Shown here: in pieces, positions 1 through 7,203 of the stretch | How positions within the stretch are numbered: the first letter of the stretch is position 1 | Layout of the letters: the number at the start of each line of letters is the position of its first letter | Virus record (IMG/VR): IMGVR_UViG_3300026522_000002 | Location: 36,575 to 100,574 of that record | Length of the DNA: 64,000 nucleotides | Source: a virus | Taxonomy: Duplodnaviria; Caudoviricetes | Strand: one strand, 5' to 3' | Made by a program: the position numbers and the translations under genes | The notes under the pieces: generated by a model | The model's database searches: none | What the model was told of the DNA's origin: nothing | Seen by the model: the letters and a program-made list of their open reading frames with translations, nothing else

Positions 1-109
1 TTGCTTTTTTACAATTTATACATGCAAATAGTGCACTATGTGTTTTTTTACATCGATATACATGTTTGCCAACTGTACATAATTGTCCAGGTTTTAGCTG
101 TTTTGCCAT
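1..109 (-). CDS. Small Cys-rich protein, KPGQL family (partial, runs off window start)
   Basis: ATG at 109 on minus strand gives MAKQLKPGQLCTVGKHVYRCKKTHSALFACINCKKA..., a paralog of 3172..3375 and 7956..8243. Not in the ORF track. Confidence 0.75.
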   Translation of the reverse strand, partial: MAKQLKPGQLCTVGKHVYRCKKTHSALFACINCKKA

Positions 110-122
110 ACACAATTGATTT

Positions 123-182
123 GCGGAGATCGAGGATTCGAACCTCTACACTCCTTGTTAATAATAACGTTAATAATCTCCG
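123..182 (-). ncRNA. Minimal tRNA-like element (acceptor stem and T arm only)
   Basis: CGGAGAT...GAGG TTCGAAT CCTC G ATCTCCG: perfect 7-bp acceptor stem and T loop, but only about 29 nt where the D and anticodon arms should be. Confidence 0.65.
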
Positions 183-317
183 TCCTCACTTTCGTAGTTA
201 GCACGTGACCACATCAGGCTGCCAGCTTGGTGTAGTCAGCAATATAAGAATTGCCAGTTATATAGTAATATCCCTTAATGTATTTCCTTCCACATACGAT
301 CAAAACCTGTCAGGCCC
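183..317 (-). ncRNA. ssrA: tmRNA coding piece (two-piece, permuted tmRNA)
   Basis: Starts GGGCCTGACAGGTTTTGAT at 317. Resume context ATAACT-GGC. Tag ORF 255->214 is GNSYIADYTKLAA-TGA. The 3' boundary is approximate. Confidence 0.9.
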
Positions 318-398
318 GATTGTAACCTTTTTCGCTCATGTCGCCGCCAAACTTAGCATTTACCGAATATCGCTATGGTTACATAAAAAGTCGCGTCG

Positions 399-465
399 GG
401 TGGACCTGGGGGTAGTCGAAACCCCGTCTCGCATGCGTATCTCATACAGGATAAAACTTCGATAG
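399..465 (-). ncRNA. ssrA: tmRNA acceptor piece (two-piece, permuted tmRNA)
   Basis: ...CGCATGCGAGACGGGGTTTCGACTACCCCCAGGTCCA. CAGGTCC pairs with GGGCCTG (317-311) including G3.U70, and CGCATGCG pairs with CGTATGTG (P2). The 5' boundary is approximate. Confidence 0.9.
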
Positions 466-499
466 AAACATAATTGATCAGATTATGCTCTAAACAGCT

Positions 500-590
500 C
501 ATAAATGGCTCTCTAAGCCACGATCTCCTTTAGGGTAGTTAGCTACTCCATCCTATTGGAAAAAGTGTCTCAGAGAGCGGTTTTGAAAAG
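500..590. repeat. Bipartite inverted element (copy of a dispersed family)
   Basis: CTCTCT 509-514 and AGAGAG 572-577 with extended imperfect arms and a 57-bp spacer. Same geometry at about 11260, 42740, 44077 and 57469. Confidence 0.5.
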
Positions 591-689
591 CTATTATTCT
601 TGTTGATACAGAGGCCACAGGCAGACTTAAAGTTCGGCAATGGTATGCATCCGCATTTTTTGATAAGAATATGAGTACTTCGTACGCAA

Positions 690-945
690 GGCTAACTTGA
701 TGACTAATACTGGCTCCAGGCTCACATATTCTGGTTAATTGATCAAAATGGACCTATAGTTTTACATCCGTAGGTTCAGATGCTATATACCCCTATTACT
801 GGCTTAAAGCTCTCAATAGATGTCGTTATTTCGACTATAGTTTCCGCTCATACATCTTACACGTCCGACTCAAACGGCCCCCGATGTAACTATTGCAGTA
901 AGGATTACTGGTTCAAGACTCTCAATCCTCGGTATAGTTTCCTTA
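690..945 (-). ncRNA. Putative structured RNA with three related units
   Basis: Three copies of AAACTATA...stem-G(A/T)GAG-N7-CCAGT-stem, with compensatory stems GGATT/AATCC, CTATT/AATAG and AATA/TATT. Confidence 0.6.
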
Positions 946-952
946 CGCTAAA

Positions 953-1570
953 TCAATAGCGCCAAGAATAATCATAGTAGTCCCCGAACTCGGCATCGAG
1001 GTTCTTGCGGTCTGTAGCGTACACTTTGTCGGCTTCAGACATCTTCTTCTTTGTCTCTTCGCCGATCTTCTTCTTCAACTCGTCATATGCGACATAGTTG
1101 ATGATTGGAGGAACGGTTTCACCGTCCTTGAAGGTCTTCTTCTTACCGTCCATCAGTACGATTTCAACGGTCTTCTTGTCGAAGTCGATCGTCTCTTTCT
1201 CGAAGAGAGTGTCCTTCAGTTTGCTTGCATGACGGAACTTGACGTCATTACAGTCAAACACAAAGCCCATCAGATAACGAGCTAAGCGGTCGCGCTGTGT
1301 CAATTCGTCATGCTGAATGTCGTGTACATCTCGCTCGTGGCGGAGCTTGATCAGGCCGGAGATAACTTGATAACGCGCTTCCTGATAACGACGTTTCATT
1401 TCACGCTGGGTATTCTCGTTTTTCTCCTTGTTGATTTCTGCGAGTACGGCTTCACTCATTTCTTGTGAGCCGATAGTACCTTTACCGAGTTTCTCGCGAA
1501 TGTTGTCTACAGTGATCTCCGTAGTTACTGATGTCTCAGCACCTTTTTTGTTTTTGTCTTCCTTTGCCAT
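953..1570 (-). CDS. Hypothetical protein (charged, coiled-coil)
   Basis: 205-aa ORF with an A-rich leader and no internal TAG. Confidence 0.85.
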   Translation of the reverse strand: MAKEDKNKKGAETSVTTEITVDNIREKLGKGTIGSQEMSEAVLAEINKEKNENTQREMKRRYQEARYQVISGLIKLRHERDVHDIQHDELTQRDRLARYLMGFVFDCNDVKFRHASKLKDTLFEKETIDFDKKTVEIVLMDGKKKTFKDGETVPPIINYVAYDELKKKIGEETKKKMSEADKVYATDRKNLDAEFGDYYDYSWRY

Positions 1571-1615
1571 TTTTGATAATTGGTTTTAAAGGATTAATAT
1601 TATGGTTAATTAACT

Positions 1616-1858
1616 CTATACGACTATTACGTTTTTCAATGACCATTCTTTTGGGAATTTCCATTGATTTACGCATAGCCATATTATCGCTTTACGTGCT
1701 GTTTGTGCAGCTTCTTTTGAGGGATAATACTTTGTGGTTATCAATTCTCCTCGATTTCCATTCTTATCTCTCTTATAAAGCTTTACTGGAAACATGTCGT
1801 CATACATAGTCTTCGTAACATTTGTGTTTATACTTGTCCTTTTTGTAAGGGCGTGCAT
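1616..1858 (-). CDS. Hypothetical protein
   Basis: 80-aa ORF in the operon; ends TAG with TAA two codons later. Confidence 0.6.
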   Translation of the reverse strand: MHALTKRTSINTNVTKTMYDDMFPVKLYKRDKNGNRGELITTKYYPSKEAAQTARKAIIWLCVNQWKFPKEWSLKNVIVV

Positions 1859-1914
1859 TTTTGTGTTGAGGCTTAGAATAGCTTTGTGCCTCGAATTTCT
1901 TTGTTTTACACATA

Positions 1915-2358
1915 TTACACAAGATTATTTTCGTACAACGACTTTAACATCACGTATACTGTTCGCTTTAGGCCAAACTTACCACCAAACAGGTGTTCTT
2001 GGTCAGGATATGTACAAATCAATGTGACTGCGTTTGCCCACCATTGTGGATCATCGCCGTCCATTCCTCGTAGTTTTCGAAGAATGTTTACAATGAATGC
2101 ACGTTCTTCCCCACACTGTTTGTATACTTCCATGATTGGCGCAATAGCCTTTCTCAGAGCATTGTCGATAGTTGACACCTCTGGATGTAACAGTAGCGCA
2201 ACATCGTCCGCATGTGGTGTTTCAGACCAACTCCATTGGTGAACAACAATGTTGTCGTTCGAGATTGCTTCGCTGGTAGCTATTTCGGTTACGATGCGAG
2301 CCAACAAGTCATGAGAAATTTCATCATGACCTGGGAGGATGAATGTCACCTGTCTCAT
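1915..2358 (-). CDS. Hypothetical protein
   Basis: 147-aa ORF with ATGA overlap with the upstream gene. Confidence 0.8.
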   Translation of the reverse strand: MRQVTFILPGHDEISHDLLARIVTEIATSEAISNDNIVVHQWSWSETPHADDVALLLHPEVSTIDNALRKAIAPIMEVYKQCGEERAFIVNILRKLRGMDGDDPQWWANAVTLICTYPDQEHLFGGKFGLKRTVYVMLKSLYENNLV

Positions 2359-2807
2359 AGCGCTTCAAATGGTATTATTTTGGCTGAATCGGTGGAATCG
2401 GGGACACTTTGTTGCATAGACGGCAAAGGCGTCTCAGGGAGAGCACTATAGATGCGTTTATTTGCACGATATTCGTATACAATGTCGGAAATGCCGTATG
2501 TCTTTTGTTGCTTCCCGAGCACCGTACAGATATTTGCAATAGTTTGGTCTGGTAGTGTCAATAGAATAGAATCGAATTCCAACTGCCTTCGTCGCTCTTG
2601 CTGGTATGCAATAACGTCTGTTGGACTGTCGAACTCGTACATCTTTTGTAACGCAATAGGCAGATATTCGTCTACCTGTTGTTTAAAAACACTGTCTGGC
2701 GGAGCGATCTCCTCTTTGATTCTTTCACAGGACGTTGTTGTAGCTATTCCTGCAATAAGAAGTCCACCAATTAAGGCGAACATCAAATACTTAATAAACT
2801 TTTTCAT
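2355..2807 (-). CDS. Putative lipoprotein
   Basis: MKK, hydrophobic stretch, then TTSC lipobox-like motif. Confidence 0.75.
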   Translation of the reverse strand: MKKFIKYLMFALIGGLLIAGIATTTSCERIKEEIAPPDSVFKQQVDEYLPIALQKMYEFDSPTDVIAYQQERRRQLEFDSILLTLPDQTIANICTVLGKQQKTYGISDIVYEYRANKRIYSALPETPLPSMQQSVPDSTDSAKIIPFEAL

Positions 2808-2878
2808 TGATTGATAGTTTTTAAGTTGATAATAATGTTAATTAACTCATGTCTGTCTTTCCAGACTGTCAAACGCTT

Positions 2879-2921
2879 GTCCCTAATGTGAGAATCGAAC
2901 TCACTTTAACCATTAAAGGGT
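2879..2921 (-). ncRNA. tRNA remnant / minihelix (T arm plus partial acceptor)
   Basis: CCCTTTAAT...GTGAG TTCGATT CTCAC ATTAGGG, intergenic. Confidence 0.45.
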
Positions 2922-2932
2922 GCGAGAGTGAG

Positions 2933-3175
2933 CTATTGCTCACCCTCGTTTTGTAAGATTTTACATAGTTCCTCATATTGTTGTGGCGAGAGGAACCATG
3001 CTCGTAAGTCTTCGGGTACCATACTATGTTGTACTCCGATAAACACTCGATGTTGACACCATCCGCATACCCAAGAACCATTGATATAATTATCGTCTGG
3101 TCCCATTACGGTCATTTTATTGTCGAAGGTAATTCGAACAAATTCGACAAAACTGATATTATGAATTGTTTTCAT
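2933..3175 (-). CDS. Hypothetical protein (CxxC)
   Basis: 80-aa ORF coupled to the upstream gene. Confidence 0.75.
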   Translation of the reverse strand: MKTIHNISFVEFVRITFDNKMTVMGPDDNYINGSWVCGWCQHRVFIGVQHSMVPEDLRAWFLSPQQYEELCKILQNEGEQ

Positions 3176-3375
3176 ACTTTAACAAAGATTAGACCGTCTA
3201 TATCACAATTCAGTGGATTTTTATTTTCCACATTCTGAAATGATATATTCGGGCACGAGAATGGATTGTTTAGAGCACATCCTGTGCAACTCATAAAGTT
3301 TTCAGGTGTTCTCTTCTTAGCACGATATAAAACCTTGTTAATCGTGCACAATTGACCAGGTTTTAAACGTTTCAT
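3172..3375 (-). CDS. Small Cys-rich protein, KPGQL family
   Basis: MKRLKPGQLCTINKVLYRAKK...CTGC...C...C. Confidence 0.8.
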   Translation of the reverse strand: MKRLKPGQLCTINKVLYRAKKRTPENFMSCTGCALNNPFSCPNISFQNVENKNPLNCDIDGLIFVKV

Positions 3376-3599
3376 GCTCTTGTTTGAAGAAATCTTCCTT
3401 CGATTTTACTGTTGTGTCTTTTGATGTAGCTCTCAATATACATCGCAAGAGAATCTGCAGCCAATGCTGTCATGCCTTTACACAATAGCATTGTATTCTC
3501 CCCAGATTTGAAGAACAGACGTACTTTTTGTTGGCAATCATACTTCAATCTTGGTTTACGATGCAGTTGATTCTGGTAGAAAGATACTGGCTTACTCAT
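3372..3599 (-). CDS. Hypothetical protein
   Basis: Likely start MSKPV at 3599, coupled to both neighbours. Confidence 0.7.
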   Translation of the reverse strand: MSKPVSFYQNQLHRKPRLKYDCQQKVRLFFKSGENTMLLCKGMTALAADSLAMYIESYIKRHNSKIEGRFLQTRA

Positions 3600-4209
3600 A
3601 GTCTTGCAGTTCATCAAATGCTTCGATTGCACGTTCTTTTGTTACTTCCAATTCATTTTCCAAAGATACTACTTTACATACCGTGTATATAAAGGTGCGG
3701 AGCAGTTTCTCAAATTTATCAAGATCCTTCTTCCTTGTACCAGTTGGGAAGGTTTTGGTGATTACAAGCATTGTAACCTTGTTACCTTCATGCATAACAA
3801 GTGCCTCAGTTACATTGAACTTTGCATCGTGTAGACCTGCAAGTACTCTTGTAGCTTGTCCGTGGTTGAAAAGTATTTTGCACTGCCATCCAATTGACTC
3901 TTCATCAATGCTATGAATGCTGACACCTAGCTCGTCATCTGTTATTTCTTGCAGCTTTCGCCTTTTTTCTGGTCCACAGACGTCGACAATGGTATAACTT
4001 ACATCATATGGCCTTGCTATTGCTTTGATCTGTTCTTCTGTTTTTTCTGAATCAATGACTACAGAGCGTTTTACGTGGGAGCCATTATTCTCCTTTGGAG
4101 GATTTTGTTCATCTATCAGATCTACTGTCTCTTTTAAGCAGAGGTTGGTCATTTCCTTTACAACTTTTGCTAAATGTAGTTTGTTGGAGGATTGTAATTT
4201 AACTTTCAT
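3592..4209 (-). CDS. Protein with N-terminal ribosomal L7/L12 C-terminal-domain-like region
   Basis: NKLHLAKVVKEMTNLCLKETVDLID resembles the bL12 pattern [24 protein letters not shown]. Confidence 0.6.
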   Translation of the reverse strand: MKVKLQSSNKLHLAKVVKEMTNLCLKETVDLIDEQNPPKENNGSHVKRSVVIDSEKTEEQIKAIARPYDVSYTIVDVCGPEKRRKLQEITDDELGVSIHSIDEESIGWQCKILFNHGQATRVLAGLHDAKFNVTEALVMHEGNKVTMLVITKTFPTGTRKKDLDKFEKLLRTFIYTVCKVVSLENELEVTKERAIEAFDELQDYE

Positions 4210-4270
4210 TTGTTTGTAATTTTGATAATTATCTACTTGCACAGGACTTTGCCACCTATGCTTGGTTTGC

Positions 4271-4510
4271 TTATTTTACGCGTTTTGGATAATTGAGTGG
4301 ACCACATATTGTAAGACAATCGAATTTCTCACGTCCGCTTCGTTCTGAATCTGCGATACATTTTGTTCGATTGTGTTTGATGTATTGTGCATTTGCTTTT
4401 TTGCAATCATCACACGTCCATCCATTTTTCCCAATAGAAGTTACAATGTATTTTTGGTTACGATACTTAAACTCTGCTCCAACTGGAAGTTCTTCTTTAA
4501 TCATTTTCAT
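4271..4510 (-). CDS. Small Cys-rich protein (distant KPGQL-like)
   Basis: LPVGAEFKY...CDDCKKAN...C...C...C. Confidence 0.7.
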   Translation of the reverse strand: MKMIKEELPVGAEFKYRNQKYIVTSIGKNGWTCDDCKKANAQYIKHNRTKCIADSERSGREKFDCLTICGPLNYPKRVK

Positions 4511-4576
4511 GTTTGTTTAAATGATAAAATAATAACCATAACGCGAAAAACACTATTCCAAGAAATATTTCATCTT

Positions 4577-4843
4577 TCATAGGCTTTCTCTTGCTTTGAT
4601 GTACTCATCGTACGCAGGTCCAGGATCATATGCATCAATCCAATTAAAGTTGGATTCAAGAGAGTCAAGCAACGTTTCTGATGCTTGGTAGTACTGTTGG
4701 TATTTGTGTAGTTCCTTTTTGGTAATACACGTTACTACAATCATTACAGCTGTAATTGAACACAGCATTGAGACGATAAAGATCATTCCGCCAATTGCAT
4801 GGAACAATCCTTTAATTTGGAAGATTAAGTCAGACTTTTTCAT
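4577..4843 (-). CDS. Membrane protein
   Basis: Long hydrophobic segment; likely start MKKSDL at 4843. Confidence 0.7.
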   Translation of the reverse strand: MKKSDLIFQIKGLFHAIGGMIFIVSMLCSITAVMIVVTCITKKELHKYQQYYQASETLLDSLESNFNWIDAYDPGPAYDEYIKARESL

Positions 4844-5034
4844 ATCTCGTTCGCTTTTACAAAAGACATTACTTTCTCCCATTCATTGTCTCTTGCAATG
4901 TGGATAGTTTCGCCATCAACCAAGTCAATTTCTGTGTTTTCTTCGTCTACATCCACAATTGTTTCCAGATTTACAATGTATTCTTCTATTTCATTGTAAT
5001 CATTTTCATGATGAACTTTTAAGAATGTTGCCAT
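4840..5034 (-). CDS. Hypothetical acidic protein
   Basis: 64-aa ORF with ATGA coupling. Confidence 0.75.
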   Translation of the reverse strand: MATFLKVHHENDYNEIEEYIVNLETIVDVDEENTEIDLVDGETIHIARDNEWEKVMSFVKANEI

Positions 5035-5038
5035 AATA

Positions 5039-5275
5039 CTACTTGATTTGTTGTTCTACAAGTTGTTCTGGAATTGGAATAAACACAGGACTGTCCTTGA
5101 ATTTAAGGTTTTTGTACCAACTTGATGGTAATGCCATCATTTCACAGGTCGCATTACATCTAAGTTCACCTAATTGTGTATTATAATCTTTACACTTTTT
5201 AGGCTTTGATGTGTAGGCATATAGGTGACCATTTTCGTCTCTGGCTATCCAGACACCTTTTTTAAATCCTCCCAT
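5039..5275 (-). CDS. Hypothetical phage protein (WIARD motif)
   Basis: WIARDENGHLYAYTSKP; ends at a TAG 4 nt before the next ATG. Confidence 0.75.
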   Translation of the reverse strand: MGGFKKGVWIARDENGHLYAYTSKPKKCKDYNTQLGELRCNATCEMMALPSSWYKNLKFKDSPVFIPIPEQLVEQQIK

Positions 5276-5321
5276 ATTGATTATGTTTTAGAGGTTAATT
5301 ATTTTCATGAGACTTCACCGC

Positions 5322-5486
5322 TCATGATCGGTATACATTTGCGTAAAACAAATATGCCATTATTAAGTTGTCTATTGCATATACCCATGAAGGCATCTGT
5401 TCTTTTGTAATAAAAGCTCCAATTGCAAAAGCGACATTGATAATTATGGCAAGAGTCGTAAACATTTTAATGATTTCTTTTGTCAT
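5322..5486 (-). CDS. Small two-TM membrane protein
   Basis: Likely start MTKEII; two hydrophobic helices. Confidence 0.6.
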   Translation of the reverse strand: MTKEIIKMFTTLAIIINVAFAIGAFITKEQMPSWVYAIDNLIMAYLFYANVYRS

Positions 5487-5812
5487 ATTTGATAGATTTT
5501 TTTGAATTCTAACCATCGTTTTTCTGGGTCTCTTTCCAATATTCTTTGAAATGTATAATTGTAATCTTCATATACTGTTTCATACGAATCATACTTCCAA
5601 AAAATAAGTTTATTTGCGAGGTATTCTACTGAAACTCCAGTCTTCCACATTCTATGGATAGTACACGCCTTTGACAATGATTTGTCGTTTATTAAATTGT
5701 AGGCAATTATTTTTTGAGGAGTCAGTTTATACCTTTTTAAGACTTTTGTACGATTTAAGAATTCAATTAAACCATCTCGTAATTGACAATAATGGTTGTA
5801 TGTAATTGTCAT
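5483..5812 (-). CDS. Hypothetical protein
   Basis: 109-aa ORF with AATCAATATG leader. Confidence 0.75.
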   Translation of the reverse strand: MTITYNHYCQLRDGLIEFLNRTKVLKRYKLTPQKIIAYNLINDKSLSKACTIHRMWKTGVSVEYLANKLIFWKYDSYETVYEDYNYTFQRILERDPEKRWLEFKKIYQI

Positions 5813-5839
5813 ATTGATTATGATTTGATTACTTGTTTT

Positions 5840-5996
5840 GTGATAGGTGATGGATTCGAACCACCATTTTCTTCAATACACCACTGTGTATGAGAGGACG
5901 TTCTTTTGGTGAATAAAGAGTTCTTTTATGAAAATCATTTAGAGTTCTTGAGAAAAGCCAAAAGTTTCACCGTTTGCCAATTGAACTAACCTATCA
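5840..5996 (-). ncRNA. Expanded tRNA-like RNA (about 157 nt)
   Basis: TGATAGG/CCTATCA acceptor, GGTGG TTCGAAT CCATC T arm, D stem GTTC...GAAC interrupted by a roughly 65-nt GGTGAA...TTCACC insert, and no canonical anticodon loop. Confidence 0.65.
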
Positions 5997-6000
5997 TTTG

Positions 6001-6073
6001 TTGCCCGTATGGGAGTTGAACCCATGTTTCCCAGATCAGATACTGGGCGCTCTCCCCGTTGAGCCATCGGGCA
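6001..6073 (-). tRNA. tRNA-Gln(CTG)-like with 8-nt anticodon loop
   Basis: TGCCCGA TG GCTC..GAGC G CCCAG TATCTGAT CTGGG AAAC ATGGG TTCAACT CCCAT ACGGGCA A. Confidence 0.7.
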
Positions 6074-6074
6074 T

Positions 6075-6215
6075 ACACTACACATTCAAAGTACATAGAC
6101 AACCACTTTTGTTTATAGTCTTTTTAGGTTATGCAGATTAACCTTAATTGGCTCTTTACAACCGGATCCCTTGTTGTGTAGAGATGCACTATTTGTTCTG
6201 CAGCATATGTAGTGT
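6075..6215 (-). ncRNA. Putative multibranch RNA between tRNA-like genes
   Basis: Closing stem ACACTACAT/GTGTAGTGT enclosing several hairpins (for example AGGTTA/TAACCT and ACAAC/GTTGT). Confidence 0.4.
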
Positions 6216-6218
6216 TTT

Positions 6219-6290
6219 GTGGGGTATGCAGAATCGAACTGCGTAGGCCATACCGAAGGATTTTTGTTTAAACCTACTCCAATTACCCCA
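6219..6290 (-). ncRNA. Degenerate tRNA-like RNA
   Basis: TGGGGTA/TACCCCA acceptor and GCAG TTCGATT CTGC T arm; D and anticodon region non-canonical. Confidence 0.6.
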
Positions 6291-6296
6291 TATTAG

Positions 6297-6366
6297 TGGA
6301 CCCTTGAGACTTGAACTCAAAACTTACGTCAATGACGCACGTGTTACCAATTATACACCAGAGTCC
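6297..6366 (-). ncRNA. Degenerate tRNA-like RNA
   Basis: GGACTCT/AGGGTCC acceptor, D arm, TGAG TTCAAGT CTCA T arm; anticodon arm collapsed (GCGTC ATT GACGT). Confidence 0.6.
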
Positions 6367-6458
6367 TTATAAAAACCTCATTATCTTCACAGACCATGAG
6401 GCTAAGAATAACTTAATGTCTTTTATACATCAACATGATTAATATAGTATTAATTGAG

Positions 6459-6527
6459 TACCGCTGTACCCAGACACTCTTGTGTTTCGCCTGAATTTCA
6501 CAGGCTCATCGGTGGGTTTTAGCGGTA
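6459..6527 (-). ncRNA. Type I hammerhead ribozyme (U4C core variant)
   Basis: TACCGCT aaa ACCCA CCGATGA GCCTG tgaaatt CAGGC GAAA CAC aaga GTG TC^TGGGT ac AGCGGTA. All three stems pair and the cleavage triplet is GUC. Confidence 0.9.
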
Positions 6528-6589
6528 AATACTACTATTCTCACGAACCGTAGCATCCAAATGAAAGAATGAAAGAAAAAGAAATATTT

Positions 6590-7135
6590 TTAACGTTGTA
6601 GTAATGGAGAGTCACTTAATGGAATTTTATCTAATGGGATTTCATCTCCAATGATTATTTTATTAGAGACGTATTCACCGTCTTCATTTAAGTAATATTC
6701 CGCTCCAGCAGGTATGAAACACTGCACTATTACATTATGATCATAAATCGACAGGTCCATAACGTTATATGCTACACCTGCTTCATTAGGGTGAAATACA
6801 TACTTATAACCACCTACGATTACCAATTCTTTCGTTAATGGTAGTCTTTTACGATAAACCGTTCCTTTTTGTAAGGAATGGAATCCGCAATAGATACGCC
6901 AGTCGCTTTGATAATCTGTACCAAAACATTCAATACATAAATGTTCGCCATGTAAGCCATCTGCAACAAGAATGTTGTGACGCATGTTGTAAAAGATTTT
7001 ATCTCTCTGCCATGGTGATGTTAAAGGCTCACTTTGGTTTACAAAATGTTTTTTTACGTAGAATTTCCACACTTCAATCTTTCTTTTTGCGATGCGCGGT
7101 CTTGTACGCCATTTTTGATTAGTAATCCAACACAT
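6590..7135 (-). CDS. Hypothetical phage protein
   Basis: 181 aa; MCW...GFHS...CFIPAGAEYYLNEDGEYVS pattern seen in Bacteroidota phage proteins. Confidence 0.85.
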   Translation of the reverse strand: MCWITNQKWRTRPRIAKRKIEVWKFYVKKHFVNQSEPLTSPWQRDKIFYNMRHNILVADGLHGEHLCIECFGTDYQSDWRIYCGFHSLQKGTVYRKRLPLTKELVIVGGYKYVFHPNEAGVAYNVMDLSIYDHNVIVQCFIPAGAEYYLNEDGEYVSNKIIIGDEIPLDKIPLSDSPLLQR

Positions 7136-7203
7136 TTTGATAACGTATTTTGAAACTATCAGAAAGAGGATACGCCATTGATTGGCTCAAGGAACGTAAT
7201 ATT

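Noticed and set aside
1-465. Plus-strand ORFs 1..201 and 205..465
   Set aside because: They overlap the minus-strand tmRNA, mini-tRNA and a real minus-strand gene.
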